This document shows, piece after piece, positions 7,515-13,495 of a DNA stretch of 13,495 nt. The notes under the pieces were generated by a model. It made no database searches. It was not told the origin of the DNA and was given only the letters and a program-made list of their open reading frames with translations. The stretch's first letter is position 1. The number at the start of each line of letters is the position of its first letter. The translations under genes were made by a program, and so were the position numbers. Source of the DNA: a virus (taxonomy: Duplodnaviria; Heunggongvirae; Uroviricota; Caudoviricetes); IMG/VR virus record IMGVR_UViG_3300002835_000064. One strand, written 5' to 3'.

Positions 7515-7791
7515 AATTCAATTACCTCGAGATGAACTCATTAGTTTTATTGATAATTTAACTGATTTATATAGCGATGAATTAAAAGGTAGGGCTAAGC
7601 AATGGGTTGATCGATACCCGGATGCTATAGTTCATGAAGTTAACAAGACTGGTGACGGCTGTATTTGTATCGAGTATAAATTAGATGGATTAGATAATCA
7701 ATTTGTTGTTTTTGAAACAAAACGAATTATTTTATGGAATTTAGTCGATAATGTTCGTAAAAATTATCGCCGCGTTAAATATCTAACTTAA
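7507..7791 (+). CDS. Hypothetical protein (~94 aa)
   Basis: Open frame. ATG 7507 gives only an 8-nt overlap with HD-Pnk and has AAGGA upstream, so it is preferred over 7453. No recognisable motif. Confidence 0.68.
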   Translation: MDKIQLPRDELISFIDNLTDLYSDELKGRAKQWVDRYPDAIVHEVNKTGDGCICIEYKLDGLDNQFVVFETKRIILWNLVDNVRKNYRRVKYLT

Positions 7792-7794
7792 TAG

Positions 7795-7823
7795 TAGACA
7801 TCACCACCCCATTGTAGTATAAT
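7795..7823 (+). promoter_or_regulatory. Sigma70-type promoter TAGACA-17-TATAAT for the RNA ligase
   Basis: -35 at 7795-7800, -10 at 7818-7823. It shares TAG-TATAAT-ATTATTTTT with the promoters at 11711 and 12696. Confidence 0.75.
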
Positions 7824-7861
7824 ATTATTTTTTAGCAATCAATTACATTAAAAGGTGCATT

Positions 7862-8986
7862 ATGAGTATTTTTAAAACTATTAATCATATAGATGATCTA
7901 TTACCATACATTAAAGATAAACCAGAAATTAATGTTGTAACTCATGCCAATGGCTGTAAAGTTATTAGTTATATGTTTCAAGATAGTAAAACATTCGCTG
8001 GTGATTATGAAATGTGGTTACGCGAATGTCGAGGTATTACTTTCTTGCCTGATGGTTCGGTTGGTGCTAGACCATTTCATAAGTTTTTTAATGTAAATGA
8101 AAAAGTTAATACAAAAGAAGAAAATATCGACTGGAGTTCTATCATTAATATCGCAGATAAACGTGATGGGTCTATGATTACTCCAGTTTGGTTTCCTGAG
8201 ACTAATACTTTAGTTTATAAAACTAAAAAATCATTTGATAATGATATTAGCCAAACGGTTAATGCATTATTTGGTGAAAATACGGTTGAATACGAGTTAT
8301 GTATTTTTTTAACATCATTAAATTGCACTCCTATATTTGAATATACCGCTCCATCAAATCGTATCGTTTTAAAATATAATCAACCTAGTTTGACGTTATT
8401 AGCTATTCGACATAATAATTCCGGTGTTTATTGGACTTATGAAACAATGCAGGCTTTATTATCGACTCAATATCCAGAAGCTAAATTAGTTGATTCCTTC
8501 GCAACTGAGTTATCTAATAATGATTGGTTATCTAAATTAAAAGAAAAGTTAACGGTTGATCAGTTATTTGAAGGCTATGTATTTGAATCAATTAATGGCG
8601 AACGATATAAATGGAAATCAGTTTGGTATGAATTATTGCATCGCAATGTAACATTTCCGACATATCAAAGTATTGCGGAAATGGTTATCGATGAAAAAGT
8701 TGATGACTTTAAAGCGTATTGTGTTAGTATCGAAGATAATGAGTTATACGATAAAATCGAAGTTATCGAAAGTCAAGTATTTGAAATATTAAAACGAATT
8801 TCTCAAACGGTTGAGTTAAATGTAAGCGAAAATAAAGAATTAGAAGTTAAAGATTTTTGTTTAAAATTTAAAGATGATCCGTTATTTCATTTAATGATTG
8901 CGTTTTATAAAAATAAAGAAGTTAATTATATCGATTATTTTAGAAAATATGTATTAGAAGAACAATTTTCCCGCGATTCAGTTTAA
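7862..8986 (+). CDS. rnlA: ATP-dependent RNA ligase, T4 Rnl1 family (374 aa)
   Basis: Rnl1-family motifs: RECRGITF, RPFHKFFNVNE, motif I DKRDGSMI, TPIFEYTAPSNRIVLKY, LLAIRHNNSG, motif IV EGYV, motif V KWKSVWY..LH. Confidence 0.92.
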   Translation: MSIFKTINHIDDLLPYIKDKPEINVVTHANGCKVISYMFQDSKTFAGDYEMWLRECRGITFLPDGSVGARPFHKFFNVNEKVNTKEENIDWSSIINIADKRDGSMITPVWFPETNTLVYKTKKSFDNDISQTVNALFGENTVEYELCIFLTSLNCTPIFEYTAPSNRIVLKYNQPSLTLLAIRHNNSGVYWTYETMQALLSTQYPEAKLVDSFATELSNNDWLSKLKEKLTVDQLFEGYVFESINGERYKWKSVWYELLHRNVTFPTYQSIAEMVIDEKVDDFKAYCVSIEDNELYDKIEVIESQVFEILKRISQTVELNVSENKELEVKDFCLKFKDDPLFHLMIAFYKNKEVNYIDYFRKYVLEEQFSRDSV

Positions 8987-9000
8987 TAACGAGATTTAAT

Positions 9001-9930
9001 ATGAATATTGTAGTTGAAACTTTATTTGGTAGCCATTTATACGGGCTAGATACGCCTAATTCCGATAAAGATTATAAAGGTATAGTATTACCAACCTCTA
9101 CCCAAATTCTCTTAGGAAAGTCGAATTTTCACGTCGATAAGAGTACCAGTACTGGTCATGGTAAAAATACAAAAGATGATATTGATAGGACTTTTTATTC
9201 GTTAAGTTATTTTATCGATCTGGCTAGTAAAGGTGAAACTGTCGCATTAGATATGTTGCATGGTAGTCCAGATAAACTAATTCAATCTAGTCCGATTTGG
9301 GACTTTTTAGTTGCTAATCGTCATAAATTTTATACTAAATCGATGAAGTCTTATATTGGCTATGTTCGCAAACAAGCAGCCAAGTATGGAATTAAAGGTA
9401 CTCGTATTAGCGAACTCGAAAAGGTTATTGCATTTTTAGAGACATTTCCAAGTGATGTTCCAATTGGTACATTAAACTTTCCGGATAATGAATTTGGCAA
9501 ATGGGTCGAATATAAAAGCAATAACTATTATGAATTCGCTGGGAGTAAATTTCAAGATAATTTAAAGATTCATTATATGTTAGATACTCTTAAAAAAATC
9601 TATGCTAATTATGGCGAACGATCTAAATTAGCAAAAGAAAACTTAGGAGTTGATTGGAAAGCTGTTTCTCATTGTTTACGAGCCGGTTATCAAGCAAGAG
9701 ATATTTTTACCAAAGGTTATTTTGAATATCCATTAGATGAAACTAAATTTTTAATGGATGTTAAATCGGGTAAATTAGATTTCGTATCTGAAGTTGAACC
9801 AGAAATCGATAAAATTACAAAAGAAGCATTAGCATTATCTGATGCCTCGACATTACCGGATGAAGTTGATAGAGAGTTTTGGAATAATTATATCGAATCG
9901 ATTCATAAAGATATCGTAATAAACGAATAA
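9001..9930 (+). CDS. nrdC.11: Pol-beta superfamily nucleotidyltransferase, T4 NrdC.11 / RlaP (PF10127-like) family (309 aa)
   Basis: FGSHLYGLDTPNSDKDYKGI carries the GS..D-x-D active site. KNTKDDID, GETVALDMLH, MKSYIGYVRKQAAKYG and DWKAVSH closely follow T4 NrdC.11 as I recall it. Confidence 0.88.
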   Translation: MNIVVETLFGSHLYGLDTPNSDKDYKGIVLPTSTQILLGKSNFHVDKSTSTGHGKNTKDDIDRTFYSLSYFIDLASKGETVALDMLHGSPDKLIQSSPIWDFLVANRHKFYTKSMKSYIGYVRKQAAKYGIKGTRISELEKVIAFLETFPSDVPIGTLNFPDNEFGKWVEYKSNNYYEFAGSKFQDNLKIHYMLDTLKKIYANYGERSKLAKENLGVDWKAVSHCLRAGYQARDIFTKGYFEYPLDETKFLMDVKSGKLDFVSEVEPEIDKITKEALALSDASTLPDEVDREFWNNYIESIHKDIVINE

Positions 9931-9948
9931 TTAATTTTATATTAGAAG

Positions 9949-9975
9949 AAAGGGCGTTTAAAACGCCCTTTTTAT
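9949..9975. terminator. Probable bidirectional intrinsic terminator between convergent genes
   Basis: AAAGGGCGTTTAAAACGCCCTTTTT: perfect GGGCGTT/AACGCCC stem with a T-run on the plus strand and a purine-rich A side giving U-rich RNA on the minus strand. It lies between stops at 9930 (+) and 9975 (-). Confidence 0.85.
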
Positions 9976-10988
9976 TATTTTGATTTAAATAGTTCTATAT
10001 TATGTTTTAATACGTCATCATTCCATTTAAATTTAATCATATGTTTTCCATAATCAACTAATGCTTCTGATGTTCCAGTTAAAATAGTATTTTTATAATC
10101 TAATAATTGAGTATTTAATTTTCTAAAATCGACAACTCCATTTAACCATATTAATAATAATAATTTAATATCTGATTCGCTTCTTCCATCTAAATAATTA
10201 AATAATTTATTTTGATCAGCTTTTGTTTCTAAATGTTGTTGAATTTGTTCGTGCATATCGCCATCTGAGGCTAATAAAACGCTACGAACTTTAGTTGATT
10301 TATTATCTAATTCTCTAATTACATCACCAATAGAATTAATATCTGCAGTTTTAGTTTTTAATTTTTTATAATCTTTATTCTTAATCGTATCTAATAATAA
10401 AATACTTTCTGGCTTTAATAAAAATACTTGAGCCGCATCACCTTTATGAGCAGTTCCAGTTTTATCTTTAAACCCATTCATGTTTAAGGCTCTTAATATT
10501 TTAGTCCAATGTGGTTTATAATTATTTGGGCTTAATTCATTTGCTATATGTTTTGTTAATCGCCATAATTGTTCAAATGGTTTTTTATAACTTAAACGTT
10601 CTAATTCTTGATCTAAATTAACTAAATGAGAATATCTACTTTTTAATACGTGAGCATCACGGTCAATATTTTTATAAGAATCAATTATTGTAATTGGAAA
10701 TGAATATTTAAATACGTGAATATAAGGTCTTTTATTTGCGTAAGGATAATTATCAAAATTTTTAGTTTTTTCTACGTTAAAATCTGCCCATGTTTGTTTT
10801 AATGGATATGCATATAAACCTACCGGTACATCATCATTCGATTTCTGCACTTTACCAAATCTAGATGATTTAGAAAATTTAATGTAAACATCTGGGTCAT
10901 TTTTATAAGGTAATAACTGGTCATATGCCGATGCATTCTGATCCAATTCCGGGTTTTGTACTTCATCGAGTAATTGTTGTAATCTCAT
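9975..10988 (-). CDS. Hypothetical, probably virion-associated protein (337 aa); possible divergent ART-like N-terminal half
   Basis: MRLQQLLDE leader and a late-type element upstream. PVGLYAYPL and NGFKD..G..H.GDAAQVF segments recall a large-phage family. No clear SD. Function uncertain. Confidence 0.72.
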   Translation of the reverse strand: MRLQQLLDEVQNPELDQNASAYDQLLPYKNDPDVYIKFSKSSRFGKVQKSNDDVPVGLYAYPLKQTWADFNVEKTKNFDNYPYANKRPYIHVFKYSFPITIIDSYKNIDRDAHVLKSRYSHLVNLDQELERLSYKKPFEQLWRLTKHIANELSPNNYKPHWTKILRALNMNGFKDKTGTAHKGDAAQVFLLKPESILLLDTIKNKDYKKLKTKTADINSIGDVIRELDNKSTKVRSVLLASDGDMHEQIQQHLETKADQNKLFNYLDGRSESDIKLLLLIWLNGVVDFRKLNTQLLDYKNTILTGTSEALVDYGKHMIKFKWNDDVLKHNIELFKSK

Positions 10989-11014
10989 CGTAGTTATATG
11001 GTCAGGTAAATTGA

Positions 11015-11025
11015 ATATTTATCGT
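11015..11025 (-). promoter_or_regulatory. Putative T4-like late promoter (ACGATAAATAT) for the 337-aa gene
   Basis: Identical 11-mer to 1652-1642 (minus). The GATAAATA core ends 28 nt upstream of ATG 10988. Confidence 0.6.
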
Positions 11026-11053
11026 TGATTAGGCCACTATAATATAGTATAAT
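11025..11053 (+). promoter_or_regulatory. Sigma70-type promoter TTGATT-17-TATAAT
   Basis: -35 at 11025-11030, -10 at 11048-11053, preceded by TAG as in the other early promoters. Confidence 0.75.
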
Positions 11054-11083
11054 CATAATTTTAACCGCACATAATGGAGGACT

Positions 11084-11209
11084 ATGACTTATTTAGTTTT
11101 AAATGAAAACGGATATCGCGAAACCATCACTACAAACGTAGAAGATTTAGAGCAGTATATTGCAAATGATAATTATGAAATTATTGAAATGGGAAGTTTA
11201 GATGAGTAA
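11084..11209 (+). CDS. Small, highly acidic hypothetical protein (41 aa), not in the ORF track
   Basis: GGAGG SD at 11076-11080, ATG 11084, TAA 11207-11209, overlapping the next start at 11202. Sequence: MTYLVLNENGYRETITTNVEDLEQYIANDNYEIIEMGSLDE. Confidence 0.8.
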   Translation: MTYLVLNENGYRETITTNVEDLEQYIANDNYEIIEMGSLDE

Positions 11210-11714
11210 TGAAGAAGAAACAGCATTTAGATCACAAATTAGAAACGAAGTTAAAAATATTTTAAATATTGGATCTTCTCAATATAAACGGATTGATAGT
11301 TATAAGCAAGGTGATGGTTGGATAATTACTTATTATGATTACGCTCCCATTAATATAAACTTATTAAAAAATGATTTATTAAATAGTCATTTAGCCGAAT
11401 TTTGGGATTTTGATGTTCGATTTGTTTTATCTGGTTCTAAAACTATAATTAAACTAATACCTCATCAATTTAATAGATTAATCGATCATCATATATTTAC
11501 TGGTCAAGAAAATTTTAAAATATCAATAATCGAACAATTTTTCGCATATAAATTAAAGCATAATGTTGATACTGACTTTATATGCGAAAAATTAAATTTA
11601 TCTAAACAAGATTTTATTCAATTATTAGATTTAACCGATACTAATATTACGGTCGATCTATTAGCAAAACTCGCCGATTTAAATCATAAAAAATTAATTA
11701 TACAATTTGCTTGA
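11202..11714 (+). CDS. Hypothetical protein: one copy of a repeated ~80-aa domain plus a C-terminal XRE-HTH-like region (170 aa)
   Basis: Shares R..V.NIL.I....Y...D.Y.....WII.YY with the two downstream genes. The C-terminus ICEKLNLSKQDFIQLL..ITVDLLAKLADLNHKKLIIQF has HTH-like spacing (inference). Confidence 0.75.
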   Translation: MSNEEETAFRSQIRNEVKNILNIGSSQYKRIDSYKQGDGWIITYYDYAPININLLKNDLLNSHLAEFWDFDVRFVLSGSKTIIKLIPHQFNRLIDHHIFTGQENFKISIIEQFFAYKLKHNVDTDFICEKLNLSKQDFIQLLDLTDTNITVDLLAKLADLNHKKLIIQFA

Positions 11715-11748
11715 CTTTAAAGTATTATAGTAGTATAATATTATTTTT
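11711..11748 (+). promoter_or_regulatory. Sigma70-type promoter TTGACT-17-TATAAT (copy 1 of a 38-nt cassette)
   Basis: -35 at 11711-11716 contains the upstream TGA stop; -10 at 11734-11739. 36 of 38 nt are identical to 12696-12733. Confidence 0.85.
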
Positions 11749-11771
11749 TTAACAATTACGAGGAAAGTAAA

Positions 11772-12644
11772 ATGAATCAAAGAACGAGTGAAACACGAGT
11801 TGAAATGTACAAACGTTTTAAACATGCAATCGATATTCCGTCTAGTCGTTATAGTAGATTAGCTGTAAATCTGGTTGATTACGGATTTGGTTGTTCGGTA
11901 AAGTTACATGAATCTAAAGATGCTCAACTAGTTTCTAAAAATATTGAAAAATCACAATTGATTAAAGAATTCAATATCGTTACTAAAATGAATCCGGATA
12001 ATAGTTTATTATTTCAATTGCATCGTAAGCCAGTCGTTATGTTAAATCCAGTCGAAAATAAAACTATTGAAAAATATGATCCCGAGGCTAAAAAACGAGA
12101 ACGCAATGAGTCGCGTAGATATTTTAGAAGTTTAGTTAATAATATCTTACAGCTTAATACTAGCGAATATTCAATTTGTGATGTTTATCCGAGTTATGAT
12201 AATTGGATTGTCGTTTATTATCGTTATACATCAAATAATTTTGATCAGATTCATAATAAAATTAATAATAGTGTTTTATCCGGGTCCGTTACTGTTACTA
12301 CAGTTGATGATAAATTACAGTTAAGCATTCCTAATAGTTTCTATCAGCAATTACAAAAACAACCGAACTTTACTAAAACTGAAGTTAAAACTATAGTTAA
12401 ACCAACGATCCAACATGCACTTAAATCGACTGGTGTTCCTAAAGTAAAAGAATCTATTCAGATTGATACTTCTAATTTTATCGAGTTATTAACTAAATCG
12501 ATGGCATCGGGTCAAATCGATTCTAATAAATTTATGGCATCGTCGACTGAAATCTTTAACGTTTTAAATAATTGCGCATCAATCGATGATACTATTAAAT
12601 TAGCGCAATTAATGGGTAAAAAAGTTCAAATTGAATTAGTTTAA
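11772..12644 (+). CDS. Hypothetical protein with two copies of the repeated domain and a degenerate HTH-like tail (290 aa)
   Basis: GAGGA SD upstream. The second repeat is RSLVNNILQLNTSEYSICDVYPSYDNWIVVYY. The C-terminus SIDDTIKLAQLMGKKVQIELV parallels the upstream gene's end. Confidence 0.78.
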   Translation: MNQRTSETRVEMYKRFKHAIDIPSSRYSRLAVNLVDYGFGCSVKLHESKDAQLVSKNIEKSQLIKEFNIVTKMNPDNSLLFQLHRKPVVMLNPVENKTIEKYDPEAKKRERNESRRYFRSLVNNILQLNTSEYSICDVYPSYDNWIVVYYRYTSNNFDQIHNKINNSVLSGSVTVTTVDDKLQLSIPNSFYQQLQKQPNFTKTEVKTIVKPTIQHALKSTGVPKVKESIQIDTSNFIELLTKSMASGQIDSNKFMASSTEIFNVLNNCASIDDTIKLAQLMGKKVQIELV

Positions 12645-12652
12645 ATTATTTA

Positions 12653-12687
12653 AAACTAGATCGGCCAATTAAGTCCGATCTAGTTTC
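12653..12687 (+). terminator. Probable intrinsic terminator
   Basis: 12-bp perfect stem AAACTAGATCGG (12653-12664) / CCGATCTAGTTT (12675-12686) with a 10-nt loop, directly after the stop at 12644. The U-tail is short. Confidence 0.7.
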
Positions 12688-12695
12688 TCTAAGTG

Positions 12696-12733
12696 TTGAC
12701 TTTTAAGTATTAAAGTAGTATAATATTATTTTT
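12696..12733 (+). promoter_or_regulatory. Sigma70-type promoter TTGACT-17-TATAAT (copy 2 of the cassette)
   Basis: -35 at 12696-12701, -10 at 12719-12724. AAGGA SD downstream, before ATG 12758. Confidence 0.85.
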
Positions 12734-12757
12734 AATTTAACAAAAAGGAATAACTTC

Positions 12758-13495
12758 ATGGCCAATATTAATAAACAAGATTTAAATAAATTATTAACCA
12801 TTATCTCAGGTGTTCATCCAAGTTCGTATCAACAGTTATATACAAATGAAACGTCATTCGGATTTAGTAGTACATTTAATAAAGTTCGCGGTTCTGTTTC
12901 AGCTGATGAAATAGTTAAATCAATTTCTCGTAATCATCGATTATCTGATTTCGAAATCGAAGGATATCAACGAGATAATAATATTATTCTCCGATTTTAT
13001 AAATCAGAAGAGGATAAAAATAATGCAAAAGGTATCCCTCAAGTTCCATTATCAAATTTAAGAACTTATTATCGTAAAAAAATAACTAATATTGTTCAAA
13101 TACCTAGATATGATTATACAACTAGTGATGCGTATCCTTCTAAAAATGATTGGGTTATTGTTTTTTATGGGGCGGAAAAATGGTTACCGATAGTTAAACA
13201 AAATATTTCAAATAGTGAATATAATACGACCTCCGAAGTTTATACTAATAATGGTAATGTTTATGTTAAAATATTAAATGTTGGAATTAACCCAGATAAG
13301 ATTAATGTATCTAGTCGTTATTCGGATGGAATTAAATCAGATAAAGTCGAACCAATTAATCAAACTTTTGATTCAGTTAAATTCGTAAATGATGTTCTAC
13401 TGGAAGTTGCTAATAAATCTTTAAGTATTGATGATCTATCTAATTGTTTAACTTGGTGTGCAGAGTTAACTAAAAAAGAAACTATTGATATCGAA
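12758..13495 (+). CDS. Hypothetical protein, third paralog of the repeated-domain family; partial (open to the right edge, 246 codons)
   Basis: Manual translation: MANINKQDLNKLLTIISGVHPSSYQQL...RKKITNIVQIPRYDYTTSDAYPSKNDWVIVFY...LSIDDLSNCLTWCAELTKKETIDIE, with no stop. Not in the ORF track. Confidence 0.85.
   Translation, partial: MANINKQDLNKLLTIISGVHPSSYQQLYTNETSFGFSSTFNKVRGSVSADEIVKSISRNHRLSDFEIEGYQRDNNIILRFYKSEEDKNNAKGIPQVPLSNLRTYYRKKITNIVQIPRYDYTTSDAYPSKNDWVIVFYGAEKWLPIVKQNISNSEYNTTSEVYTNNGNVYVKILNVGINPDKINVSSRYSDGIKSDKVEPINQTFDSVKFVNDVLLEVANKSLSIDDLSNCLTWCAELTKKETIDIE

Noticed and set aside
9001-9930. Thioredoxin/glutaredoxin call suggested by the name nrdC.11
   Set aside because: There is no CxxC motif, and the GS..DxD signature is that of a Pol-beta nucleotidyltransferase. 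The name reflects position in the T4 map only.
1-13495. tRNA/rRNA genes, introns, inteins, homing endonucleases, alternative genetic code
   Set aside because: Intergenic gaps are short and accounted for by promoters and terminators. Enzyme ORFs have normal length and intact motifs under the standard code.

Overview
AT-rich, densely coding window that reads as part of a large T4-related (jumbo-type) myovirus genome; the host cannot be determined from this window. It has four blocks. (1) 1-3566: two paralogous, head-to-head Gly-rich tail-fibre/adhesin-like genes. Each has a conserved N-terminal domain, an Ig-like domain and a PA14-like insert. The left gene runs off the window and is missing from the ORF track. 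(2) 3566-5992: continuing the same apparent late operon, three tandem paralogs with an ADP-ribosyltransferase-like R..(S/C)..E pattern and a P-loop kinase. All begin with an M[KR]LxE[IL] leader, and a fifth, distant protein (9975-10988, minus) begins with a similar one. (3) 6387-9930: an RNA-repair cluster of HD-Pnk end-healing enzyme, a small ORF, T4 Rnl1-type RNA ligase and an NrdC.11/RlaP-type Pol-beta nucleotidyltransferase. (4) 11084-end: a very acidic 41-aa ORF missed by the track, then three paralogs built from one or two copies of an unrecognised ~80-aa domain with an HTH-like tail. Two promoter classes separate cleanly. T4-like ATAAATA late elements precede the fibre and leader-bearing genes, and near-consensus sigma70 promoters precede the rest. 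No tRNA, rRNA, CRISPR array, intron or mobile element was recognised. All protein family calls come from motif recognition by eye, not database searches.
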